From Folioceros fuciformis (lineage: Eukaryota), in contig JBNGIO010006320.1 of assembly GCA_049999805.1 (NCBI GenBank), forward strand, positions 130,842-177,623: a DNA stretch of 46,782 nucleotides, given 5' to 3'. The notes below the pieces were generated by a model. The model searched no databases. It was not told the DNA's origin and saw nothing but the letters and a program-made list of their open reading frames with translations. Positions 12,272 through 23,880 of this stretch are shown piece by piece (position 1 is the stretch's first letter; each line of letters begins with the position of its first letter). A program made the position numbers and the translations under genes.

Positions 12272-12958
12272 ATGGCGTCCACGCAGCAGAGCATGAGCCA
12301 GGAGGCTAGGGCACGGGAGAAGCGGGCGACGGTAAAGGAGGATCTGGTGAACGTGGCTTCCGGAGCACGGGAGAAGGTAGATCACGCGAGGGCGGACGCG
12401 CAGAAGGTGGTGGAGAAGGCGCTGCATCCCTTCGACGAGGAGGCCAAGGAGAAAGCGGACCAGAAGGCGGAGCTGAAGAAGTACGAGGCGACGGTGAAGC
12501 AGCAGGAGATCCGGGATCTTGCAAGGCATCAAGCGGAGGAGGAGAAAATCGCGGCCATGGCGCAGACAGGGCAGCGCACGGAGGCCGTGCAGTCTCCGCC
12601 CGTGAAAGCTACTCCCCCCGGAGGTCACCCTCAACAGTCTCCTTACCTCGATCCAGGTGCCTGGTCTGCCCTTGCTCCTCGTCTCGGCAGCGTGTTTGAA
12701 TGTGCGTGCGGTTCTCTAAATCTTGTTGCTGCTGTGGCCACGGCAGACGCGCCGCAGCAAGGTAGGTTGGGAGAGAGCTGGAAGGCGACGCAAGAGCAGC
12801 CGCCGGCGTCGCCGAACCAGGGCTTTCAGTCCGCGCTTGGAACCGCAGGCTATGGCACTGTGCGAGGTTCGGATACCAGCAGCCCTAGAGGAACGGCTGT
12901 TGAGACGAGTCCGAAGGGAACGCCTGCTCCGCCTAACTACCACAATCCCTTCCATTGA
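12272..12958 (+). CDS. Late embryogenesis abundant protein, LEA_1 (group 4)-like
   Basis: N-terminal helical VKEDLVNVASGAREKVDHARADAQKVVEKALHPFDEEAKEKADQKAELKK matches the LEA_1 pattern, followed by a disordered G/P/T-rich tail. Probable intron 12657-12746. Confidence 0.75.
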   Translation: MASTQQSMSQEARAREKRATVKEDLVNVASGAREKVDHARADAQKVVEKALHPFDEEAKEKADQKAELKKYEATVKQQEIRDLARHQAEEEKIAAMAQTGQRTEAVQSPPVKATPPGGHPQQSPYLDPGAWSALAPRLGSVFECACGSLNLVAAVATADAPQQGRLGESWKATQEQPPASPNQGFQSALGTAGYGTVRGSDTSSPRGTAVETSPKGTPAPPNYHNPFH

Positions 12959-13593
12959 TCGCCGATCCTTTCTTGCATGTTTTGGCGAGCTTAGACTCAC
13001 GGCGTTTGCATGCCACGCATGCTGCAGTTACGTCTGTTTTTCACTGTAAACAGCAGCTTAGGTTGAACAGGATTGGTTGGACATGTATCCACTCTGGTTG
13101 TTCATCTGTAGTACTGGATGAGGCAGCCCGGGGTGATAGGTGCCGGCACAAGTGGGTAGCGGGTACCGGGTGGACCTCAGGCGACGGATATCCACTAGGA
13201 GAAGTCTGCACTGTGAAGCCGTCTCTGGCTGGGTGCTGTCCAGCGAGGAGTCTTGCCAGAATAGGTTCTACAGGAGCTAGCTAGACAAGTGACTTTCGCA
13301 CGCAGATTAAGAGAAATAGTGGGCCATATGCCTTGAAAGTTTCTTTTCACGATGGTAAGTACATAATAGAGGAGGTTGCCAACCGACTTGCTATCTCTTT
13401 GCGTGCACCACACTTCTGACAGATTGTCAATCCTGTCGGAAATGTAGAAAGCATGTGTAGGAGAAGTGCAACTTGAAAGTCAATCGGATATCGCAGAGTA
13501 CTCTGGCCACATGCTTCAACAAAATTACCGTGTGCAGTGACATATTTACAAAACCACCCATCAGGTAGGTCAAAACTGATCCGATCCAGGCCC

Positions 13594-15493
13594 CTAGTTG
13601 TCTACGGGATTCCAATCTGCGGGCATGACTAGCGGCCAGTCCCCACGAGCACCTAACCTGACGTACAGGCTCTTCTTGCCTGGACATTCGTGGGGGCAGA
13701 GCCATGGTTAGAAAAGACTTGAAATTGAGTTGGATAGATCATAGGAAAACGAGAGGCAGAAAATTTAAACGGCACTTACTAGGGAGATCCTTTTCCGCTT
13801 CGATGAGGTATTTGAGAGCTCTTAATGAACCTTCCGCTACAGGTCCAACAGAGGAGCTGTCCCATCCGGACAGAGCCACCACTACATCAGCTTTAGAATA
13901 AGCCTTCGCTCCCTCTATTCTCTCTTTGACAGCCTCCAATTCCGCTGATGCTTGGTCTGCGTATTTGAACTCCAAAGCCTTAGATGAACCAAGCTAGGTT
14001 GAGGCGAAGGTAAGTTGAAGAGCATCGAAAGAAAGCTTGGAATCCTATTAACCGGACATAAGAAATACTTGCCTTCCGCTGCGCTTTGCTTTAGCCAAAC
14101 AGTGAAACCAGTGTGTAAGTGATTCCAACGGTGTGGATCAGCTGCCGCCCCCTCCTCCCCACCAAGAGTAGCCACGACGCACCTCACATTCCTGCACAAC
14201 TTCGTGGATAGTAGTAGAACGTCAGCTAGAAGTACCCTGTACTTTATATGTGCCGAACAAAGCGAGCCGGAGCAGCAGATACGTACGTGAACAGGGAAGC
14301 AAGGATCTGTGCTTCAAGTTCGGCAACAGCAAACTTCCCTTCTTCTGCCACCACTGTGAAAAACAGTTGCTCAAATCCGCATCAAATTGTGCATCGTGAG
14401 GACACGATTATGATCCAACATGACCTTTGACTTACACTGAGATGGAGTCTTGCCAGTTAGCTGATGCATAAGGTCCTGCGTCTGCAGAGGCACATAACTG
14501 GAGACTCGTGTCATTCTCTGCATGCTACAATGGCATTCTCTGGCAAGACGCAAGCCACTCGTAAGAGACTAATTGGCATACCCCAGGCCAGCGGCAATCT
14601 CTCTGGCTACAGTCCAGTTGATTTCCGTGCTTTCACCAACGATATTCACAGAGGTTCCCTTGAGAAGACCAGCAACCCCTACAGTTAGGGAACCCCAGTC
14701 TTCCTCAAGGCCAGGCCACTTAATTTCGGTGTCTACTTTCTTCAGACTGATTACGACCGTGTCTTCATCGACGAACCTGCTTTTGCAACAAATCTCACTG
14801 CCGTCAGCAACCGACAAGATGATGAATTTCGGTTTGACGGCAAGCAAACCGCGTCCCCATATTCCGTGAGTAAAATCTGGAAGACAGTAACTAAAGGAAA
14901 CACACCACATTGTCTCTGAGGGCTTGATGAGCCCATAGAGGCAGGTAGCGGCCAACAGCACCTTGACACCATCACCTGGTTGCACAGCCACAATGATAGA
15001 TTTTTCTTGGATGTCAACAATTACATTGCTAGCAGTCAGCCCTTCTATCCCCGTAGGAAATGGCACCCGCAATTCCGCCTCTTTCCCTTCATCACGAAAC
15101 TGTAACATGCTTCAACAAGGAATCTTGGACTGAGCATCACGAAATCAACAAGAGGAAAATGCATTCCCTCCCACTCGTCAAGATCTCAAATCCATGAAAA
15201 TCATATGCATCTCCAGTTACCTCAAAGCTTTTGGTGCTCTCCACATCGGCCACGGTGTGCTGCCCATCAACGAACACGGAGCACCTGGCATTTCTCAAGC
15301 CGTAAGGATTTCCAATAGACTGCAAACATTGCTTCTTCTGAGCTCCCCTGAACCAGCTACTCTGCTGATTTTTTGAGATCCTTCTCCGACAAGCGATATT
15401 GGGAACCACAGCTCGATCAGACGTAGAGGAGGGAAAAAATGTCGTGGAGCAGGACACGACTGGCAGAAGCAGAGCCATATGCGTACAAGCCAT
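13594..15493 (-). CDS. SKL2: Shikimate kinase-like 2, chloroplastic (CS domain + inactive shikimate kinase domain), multi-exon
   Basis: Transit-peptide-like N-terminus. CS domain (LYGLIKPSETMW|FVDEDTVVISLKK), SK-like LLKGTSVNIVGESTEIN...LGY, GGEEGAA, and C-terminal KKSLYVRLGARGDWP. Confidence 0.88.
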
Positions 15494-15563
15494 GTCCAAT
15501 CCTGCAAGTCAATCCCGGAAGACATTGGTTCTCCTGTGCTCGCACCCTGTAGACGAGCAAGGT

Positions 15564-15572
15564 TTAGGGTTT
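15564..15572. promoter_or_regulatory. Telo-box (AAACCCTAA on minus strand) in the SKL2/WDR6 divergent spacer
   Basis: TTAGGGTTT between two head-to-head start codons 204 nt apart. Confidence 0.5.
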
Positions 15573-15697
15573 ATCGGTTCGCTTCACAATTCTGCCCTGA
15601 TTCAGATTACAGAACCTGGGCGCACAAAGCGTCTTATAACTTGCTATCTGTCTGCAGGAATTGAGGACTTAGATATGTCTGCAGCTGTACATGGTGC

Positions 15698-18600
15698 ATG
15701 ACAGTGGCAGAAAATATGTCCTTCGTCCTAAGCAAGGGACCTTACTGTGGGGACATCTCTGCATTGTGCTTGATCTCGAAGGGCTCTTCTTCGTCCGAGT
15801 ATTCTCTACTTCTCGCAGGTGCTTTAATCCTTCAACCAGTTTCTGTCTAGTTGTAACCCAGGGCTGATTTTTTTCTTCATGATGTATGTATGAACTTCGT
15901 CTGTTGCCACTTGCTAGCAAAGGTTTCATCTTACTGGTGTGACGACTATGTCCAGGTACCGGTCCTCAGGTCGTTTTGTACGATTTGCCAACGGGCCAGC
16001 TACTGCATTCTTCATGTTGCTTCGACGGTGTTCGGGTCCATGGTATATGTGCCTTTTCACACGCAGCTCATTTCTCCGAGCCCGGGAACAACAACTTTGC
16101 TACGGTTGCTGTGCATGGGGAGGGAAGGGTGAAGCTTTTCAGGCTACATCTTGCACAAAATTCACATGAGGGAGAAGGGCGTTGCCAGTTGCGGATATTG
16201 CATACACTCCCAAGATTTAACCACTGGGTGCTTGACGCTCTGTTTTTGCAGGTAGCTTCGTATGACTCTATGAAAAGAGACATCTTTACGTCCATGTACT
16301 AAATTTTCAATCTGCAGGAAAGTGACTCAGGTTTACAGAAGCCTGACGGTGGAAGGGATGGAGAAAAAGCGTCCTTTCTAGCTGTAGGACTTTCAGACAA
16401 TTCTCTTAGCTTGTGGGATGCCAAGCTTTATGTGTTGCTGTACCAAATCGAGAGCACTGGTGAGTTTGTCTTTGATGCAGAAAATTTGTGGTCAATTTTA
16501 AAATAATAATCACTAGAAAAGTATCAGACTTCGGAGCTAGAACCTCCATTGGCTAACATGGTTTGGACTTGCCTCAGAAAGATGCCTTCTGTATTCCATG
16601 CGACTGTGGGGCAAATCTATAGACACTTTACGAGTTGCTTCCGGCACAATTTTCAACGAGGTGACAGCTTCTTTTTCATGTCCTTGAAGGCTGTGAGGCT
16701 TCACGGTTATCACACTCTGTTTTGCACTGAGCTGGACGAGGCACAGTCGACTACTAGCTTGGTACTAAGGTAGAGTGTTTTCTAATCGGGTCCTTGTAGG
16801 TACTAATCTGGAAACTGGGACAAGGAGCTCCTGATGTGAACAAACTCGTGGCAGAATTGAATGTCAAACCTGAAAGCGGAACAAGTGCTATCTTTGCCAT
16901 CTTTGACGTGGCAGTAAGGCCTCTGCACAGACTCACTGGTCATGAGGGCTCTATTCATCGCATCTCCTGGGCTCCTAATGGGCTATGGATAGTCTCTGTC
17001 TCTGATGACCGAACGTAATTTCCAACTCTGTCAGCTTTTTCTTTGCTTCTATGAACTCTCAGGTAGTGCTTGGGTTGTCTGGACCAAGTCCATGATGACG
17101 TCTTTGGTCTTGCCATTGTTTTAACTCATTTGCATATGTTGGTTGAGGCAGTGCTCGAGTGTGGAAGCATTGTCCTACAGCGGAATATATGGGGTCACCA
17201 CCTATACTTGGTGACAGCCGGATAGAAATGGGCCCTGTGATATATGGACATGGAGGACGGTTGTGGGATTGTCATGCAGCCGAAGAAGTTAGTACAGTCC
17301 ACCCAAAATGAATTTTAGGAAAATGTGCATGCTTATGTGGTCCTGTTTTCAGCCCATTATTGGACCAGCACTGCTTGCTTCTGGATTTTCCACATCGTGA
17401 GTCTGTTGAATGCTGTTGTGTTGGAATGTATGATCATATTGGTCTAATTGAGGTTCTGGATGTAAGCTGGAATTAGTTTTTGATAACAGCAAGTGAGGAC
17501 TGTACTAGCCGTGTCTGGGCTCCAGATGGGAAGCACATTGCCACGTTGAAAGGCCATACGTGAGTCTTGCCCTTCCAATGTGCAAAATCTGATCTGTGTG
17601 GTTGGAACTCAAGTTTTGTTTTTTGAGGAGTCAACCGTGGCTCTCCATTCTCAGCACGTGTTATGTGGTGAAAATGCTCGGAAGGTTCTGGAATTTCCCT
17701 CATACTTCTGCATCATCAGCTGGACTAATCTCGTATGCTCCTTTTCTGCAACATTGTGCAGTGGTCGAGGAATCTGGCGCTGTGTCTACGATATAAACAC
17801 GTCAACTGTGATAACGGCTGGGGCTGATAGTGCCATTAGAGTTGACTCATTGTCAAAATGGACGTCTTTGCCTAACGGCATTCCCCAGTTATCAAGAGGG
17901 AATACAGAAGTCGTGTCAATTTTGACGCTGCCAGCTGGTAATTTGCAAAGTGGAGAATCCATAAACTACGTTGATAGGTATCCTTCTGATCTGACCGTAC
18001 TATTTCTTCCGTAGTTGTATATTCTTGCCCAGCCCAAAACGATTTTCTTGTTCGAAGTCCCTTATCTATCTGTGTATTTTATACTGCAGCAAAAGTGAAT
18101 ATGTCCGCTGCATCTCGTTCGCTGCATCCAGGTCTTTGTATGTTGCAACCAACCATGGATTCCTCTATAGAGTTGACATCATGGACAACAAAGAAGTGCT
18201 TTGGACGACCCTCACGGAAGGTCACGTAGAAGGCCCTATAGTTTGCATGGATGTTTTTTTGGGTGATGTGGACATGGTGTCTCAAGGCTGGGATTGCAAA
18301 CCCAGGGAGCATCATATTGTAGTCGGCAACGGTGAAGGACAAGCCACAATAGTGTTAGTCCGATTCAATGGTCTTCAATGGGAAGTAGTCTCGCATTTGT
18401 CATGGTCAGCAGGGGCAGAAAGAAAGGTGTTGGGGACATTTTGGTGTCGATCTCTAGGAAGCCGGTACTGTTTCTCTCTGAAGCTTAAAGCTGAAGTCTT
18501 TCCTGAAGTATGAGACCTGGATATCATTGGCTGATCTCTGCAGACCCTTCATGCAGCTATGTGTTTACAACTGATCCCAGAGGGGGTATCCGAGTGTGGA

Positions 18601-21600
18601 GGGTGAAGTATGGGTTCCAATTGGTTGAGTCTGAAAAAGGCCATCAAAATGAGGTGCTTGCTTGTGTGTCTCCGTGGGCTGTATGCCAGTCCCCCTTCCA
18701 CAATCAGATATTCTGCTTCGATGTCTGCCTACAGCATGAGGTAGGAAAATCTGGCCAGGAGAAGGTGCATGCCCTCTTCTGTTGAAGTAAAGTGCTGGTC
18801 GAAAGAAGGCACGTGCTAAGGATCGTATATTGGGTGTCTGCAGGTGATTGTTTTTGGAGATAAGAGGGGGAACTTGGTAGTGGCTTCGTTTCCTTCTCAG
18901 GTCAGTAGGCAAGAATCAGGGGCACCACTAGAAGTAACGGTCCTGGCGCTGCTGAAAGGTGCACATGGCATATCTCGTGTCACCAGTATATCAGTTGTGC
19001 CGGTTCTCCGGAGACCTGTGGCTGAAATTGTCTCTGTAAGTATCTGCTGCCAAGTCACGATCTATAGCAATGTTTGCTAGCTGCAGGTGAATGCGATCTA
19101 CGAATATTAGGTGTAGGTTGACTTGGATCGTGTGTACAGACAGGCAAAGATGGGTGCATCTGCAGGTTCTCCTTTGAGAAGGACATCCATCGGCTCCAAG
19201 GCGACCCTCAGGGAGTCGTCTGCACTGGGGTAGAAAGAGTCTCTGCTCTTACGCTAGTCGAATATGTGACTCAATCGGGCAGTGGGTCCAAAGGAGAAGG
19301 GAAGAGGATAGCTGTTGGTTTCACTGCTGGGGATTTTCTTGTATGGGATCTAGGAAATCAGTGTGAGGTAATATTATCCCATGAAATGTTGGGAATCTCG
19401 GGTTTTGCATTCCGCTGAATTGCTACTTTTAGTGAAAACATTTTCTGGGGAACACGCTGTCGAGTCTTTCTGGTTTTTGCTTAAAATCTGCAGATTATGC
19501 GGGTGTCATGTGGTGGATGGCGCAGACCCTTTTCGTACCTCAATGCAAACGTAACAGACCATTATTTCTCCTTTGTCAAGGTTATTACACTGCTTGCTGC
19601 ATAACCCCATTTCAGATTCAGTATCGGCTAATTTCACTGTTCCCGGTATTGTTTGTGGAGCTGACCTGATGTGGCTGAATAGGAGAGCGCCATCCATGTG
19701 CACCGCAGCTGGATCCCCTCTCCAGCTGAAGCGGATGGAATGGATAAGTTGCAGGCCGAGGAACGTTGCTCCTTCGGTATCAGTCAAGTTCCTGCAAAGC
19801 TACTGCACATGCAGTTCCATGGAAAAGAAATTCTCTCTGTTCAGTTCATTCCCAGTACAAGCAAAACGGTGAAAGCGCAAGCTCACTCAAGCTGGGTAGC
19901 AACTGGCGCAGAAGATGGTTCTGTCCGACTGACAAGGTGTTTTGAACTCTCTTGATGGTTTACGAAAAAAAAACAGGATTCTAGGAGTCTGGGTGTTCTC
20001 ATAATGATGTGAAATGTGAAAATGTATGCCCTGAATGACATTACAAGGTTTTGTAGGTTTGATCCCAAGCAGCAGCAACTGGACGTGTCACTGATGCTCG
20101 GGGAGCACACAGGCGGATCTGCTGTGAGAGCACTTACTTTAGTATCAGACTCTTACATAGTTAGAAACTGGCGGCACGTGCAGGAGAAGCCATTTCGTGG
20201 GGATGCGGAATTCGATACCTACAGGACACTCTTGGTGGCGGTAGGAGCCAGGGAAGTACTGACCTGCTGGCTAATTCAATGCATGCCACGTCCTGGAGAT
20301 GGTATTTCTTGTGGTGCTGAACAGGAAAGAACACTTTTGTCTCAAGAAACACAATCTGACACATCCCCTGCAGCAGCTGAGAGACGGGGGACATCTGAAA
20401 TGGTGAGAACAGAACATTCCTCTGGTTTATATGAGGGAAACACGCTCAGCCCCACTTGGATCAGTAGTCACAGGGCCCAGAAACTTCGTTCAGCTCAACA
20501 GGTAGCTGGAAGTTTACATCCAAGCAGGAGGAATGTGGTTGAGCTTGAAGCTGAAGATGGGTTCGGCACTGTTCACCAGGATGATGGCACCTGTGACCTT
20601 GGATTACAAGAGGGTGATCCAAGCCAGGATGATCTTCGGTACATGGCCGTTACAGCATTTTCAACCTTATGCTCGACAACTGGGTATGTGTTCGTATATT
20701 TGATCTGTGGCCTGGATCTACAATTACCAAGCAGTAGAAGAAGAATATTGTTTAGGATGTTCTGAGGCTGAGTTTTGTCAAATCAGGTTAAACCTGACCT
20801 TCGTGGTTGCAGCATCATCAGACTCTACGCTGACAGTTCTTGCGTTCGGTATTACCGCTCGCGCATGGTACTTAATTGGGCCTATTGTCCTGGCGGATTG
20901 TAAAATCTTGTTGCTCATGTTTTAAAAGTCAGTTCTGCTGGCAGGTTGAAGGTGGCAGTGTTGGATTACCACACAGCCCCCGTCCTATCTTTGAATCACC
21001 TTGTCATACACTCTGATCACGAGCTTCCAGGTAGGTAGTGTGTCGTTAATTCTGAAGTGTGAGTACATGAATGGCTGGTCTCTATTCGCTGAGGGCCTAA
21101 ATCTCCGTGCAGACGGGTCTTCCGAACGGTTTTTGGTGGTCAGTGGGGCCACTGACGGCTGCATTGCTGTTTGGGATATCACCAGTGTCGTGATGAGGAC
21201 TCATGTAAATTGTCCTCAGCTTGATCTCGGTCGCTCAGAACCTATCCCGTTGCGTCCACTCAGTGGAAGAGGGAGTCAGGGAGGGAGACTCCGGAAACTT
21301 CAGCATCAGAATGCCCTGAGACTGAAGGCTCGTTTACAAGACAAACAGAACGCTGCAGTCCAACGAAGTGAAAAGCTTCACACGAATGAAGGGTTGAGAC
21401 TTGGAAGCAAGCTAGTAGGAAACATCAAAGGCCTATTGCAGATGCAGGGGGCTGAATCAGGATTACCCAACAGCCATCTTACGGGCCTGAGCTCCAATCA
21501 AGTCAGTTCGGGCTTCCAATATGCCAGTAAGGGCTCTTCGATTCAGGGTCAGGATGTAGCTTGCCTCCAACCAATCCACATTCTAGTGGCTGCCCACATG

Positions 21601-22384
21601 TCGGGGGTGAATTGCATGAGCGTGGGGAAACTGGAGATTCAAGAATGCCCCCAGCTCACCAGCAATGAGGAGGTTGAATACGTTCTTGTAAGTGGAGGTG
21701 ATGATGACAGGCTGCACATACTGACGTTTACTGTTGGCCTCCCATGTGGATCCGAGGATCCTGCGGGTCCAAGCCAAACAGAAAATCTTGGTGGTCAGGC
21801 ACATCAAACCGGAGAGGAGATGCTTAAAGAGTACCGTTGTACATTTTCCGTCAAGACCCAGGTGTCGACAGCCTGTGCACATTACTCAGCTCTCAAAGGT
21901 AACATTGAGGCCATTGGGTTACGCGTGCTCGTTCCTTCCCGTTCGCCGCTCATGTACCATTTCTTAAAACAGGCATCTGGACGGACGGGAGATTCATCTT
22001 CAGCACTGGCCTTGACCAAAGGCTAAGGTGTTGGCGTCTGCGCTGCTCAAATGTGGGATCCGCAATCTTCCAGGAGAAAGGTGTGCTATCGGTCGGTGAA
22101 TGTGCGCGTTCTGTGATCGATGTACCGGAGCCAGCTGCCTTACATGTTGAACCAGCTTCTGATGGGTATCTTCTTCTTGTGCCCCTGTGGATAAGCTTCG
22201 TGTCCTTCAATCAGTTGCCGCAACCATTGGATCTGCCACAGGCCCGGGGTACTGAATGAGTGTTCTTTTCTTGTGCAGGTCATCCTACCGTATTGCAGTT
22301 GTGGGGAGAGGCTTGCAAATACTGAGCTTTCAAAGATCAAGTTGTGACTTCCAAACTGAAGACGCAGCGGTGACCAGACTCTGA
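15698..22384 (+). CDS. WDR6: WD40 protein WDR6/Trm734-like (tRNA 2'-O-methyltransferase regulator), many exons
   Basis: Start MTVAENMSFVLSKGPYCGDISALCL...LLAG|TGPQV. WD motifs LTGHEGSIHRISW, GHGGRLWDC, GRGIWRC, KGAHGISRVTS, CGGWRRP, FHGKEILSV, ATGAEDGSVRL, AHMSGVNC, SGGDDD, STGLDQRL; ends IAVVGRGLQI. Confidence 0.85.
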
Positions 22385-22528
22385 TGTAGTCGGCAAGCCA
22401 TGGGGAAACACTTATGTCAACAAAGATGCTACTAGTCACGAGTTGCGTCCACGGTGTCCAATTTCACCTGACTGTAGACTTCGTCCTTTCAAAACTCAGA
22501 CAAGCTAACCGTCCGCACGACGGTACGG

Positions 22529-23623
22529 TCAAGCGACTGCCTTGCCTGTGCCTGCCTTGTGATCATTGCCGCCGAAGATGGTTTTCTCGAACCAGTCAAA
22601 AATCTCAGGAGCCGGAATGCTAGTGATGGAATGTATTCCGTGAGCCACCATCGTCTCCTGCTGGACGTGGCTCTGCCACAGAAACGTGCCGTCGCTCTTC
22701 ATAGGGAGAACATTCCTTGCCGCAAGAGCCTTTTCCCAAGGTGTATCAGGGGGGTATATCGTGAGGTACCCGTCGGCATCGACATATTCCTCCTCAACGT
22801 ACACCTCATGAATCTTCTCTGCAATCTCGAGGTCTATGCCGACGATTCTCTCCGAGAAGTAGTACTTGGTGATGGGCAGGGGCGGCAGCGAAACCTGTCC
22901 TACTGGCACTCCCAATTTATTCAGGGCATAGATAGACCTGGCTACCTGCACCTCCATCTCCTCGTCGCGGACCATGTGCGCAAAGAAGGTGGGAGGGAAC
23001 TGCACCCTGTCTGCCCGGTGGAACACTTCAAGAACTCCCGGAGACACTATGAGAGCCAGAGACTTCACATTCCCGAGGTGGAGCGCCAGAGAGGAGCTGA
23101 AGTTGCCGCCTGCTGACGATCCAATCAGGGCAAGCGGGAGGTGACTCAGGTTGTGCTGCCCCCGCCACGTGCTCAGGATTAGCGTCACGTCTCGAATGTC
23201 TTTCGAGAATTGCACAGGCCAGTTCTGCCACTCGGGTTCCAGGCTTTTGATGGCTATCACAGCGTACCCTTGCGACAGCGCAATGCTGGTGAGGCGACGG
23301 TCTTCGGGGAGACCGTAGCATATGGGGCAGCCAGGCCCCGCATCAAAGTAGCTCAACGGAGCCAGGTTCCTCCCGTGGGCCATGAAGATGACTGCCCTTG
23401 GTTTCTCCGGTATCTGCCACACCACATTCCTTTCCAGCATGACCTCCCATGTGCCATTCGTCATTTTCTCCTTGGGTGGAAATGGAGTAGCATGGAAACT
23501 CTCCTCCCAGATGGCATCTTGTACTCCTGCACCGGCTGTTTCGCTAGAAGATCGTAAGCAGGAATTGCAAATGCAGATCGTCACGAGCAGCAGATGACGG
23601 CACACGCTGCTGGTTGTAGTCAT
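22529..23623 (-). CDS. Secreted/membrane-anchored alpha/beta-hydrolase-fold protein (intronless, uncharacterised plant family)
   Basis: 364-aa ORF with a signal-peptide-like N-terminus, VIFMAHG, CPICYGLPEDR, nucleophile elbow GSSAGG, FPPTFFAHM-RD and a C-terminal His (HGIHSITS). Confidence 0.8.
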   Translation of the reverse strand: MTTTSSVCRHLLLVTICICNSCLRSSSETAGAGVQDAIWEESFHATPFPPKEKMTNGTWEVMLERNVVWQIPEKPRAVIFMAHGRNLAPLSYFDAGPGCPICYGLPEDRRLTSIALSQGYAVIAIKSLEPEWQNWPVQFSKDIRDVTLILSTWRGQHNLSHLPLALIGSSAGGNFSSSLALHLGNVKSLALIVSPGVLEVFHRADRVQFPPTFFAHMVRDEEMEVQVARSIYALNKLGVPVGQVSLPPLPITKYYFSERIVGIDLEIAEKIHEVYVEEEYVDADGYLTIYPPDTPWEKALAARNVLPMKSDGTFLWQSHVQQETMVAHGIHSITSIPAPEIFDWFEKTIFGGNDHKAGTGKAVA

Positions 23624-23880
23624 CTCCTCCTCTTCGGGTTCAGAATCTGAGCTCGTTCTCCAGATCCTCTTCTTTGCAAACGTCGGGAGGCCAACCTACT
23701 TCAATAATTGGGAGTAATAAATACTACGGGACGTACACTGGAAGAAATTATGGATGATACTAATTTTTGGAAAATACTATATATACAGACGCTCCTGAAT
23801 TGTATGGGGATACGCAAGTGGTTAGTAAGGCGCTGTCTTTCGGGTCAAGGATTCATGATCTGCACTAGCATGGACTTTCC

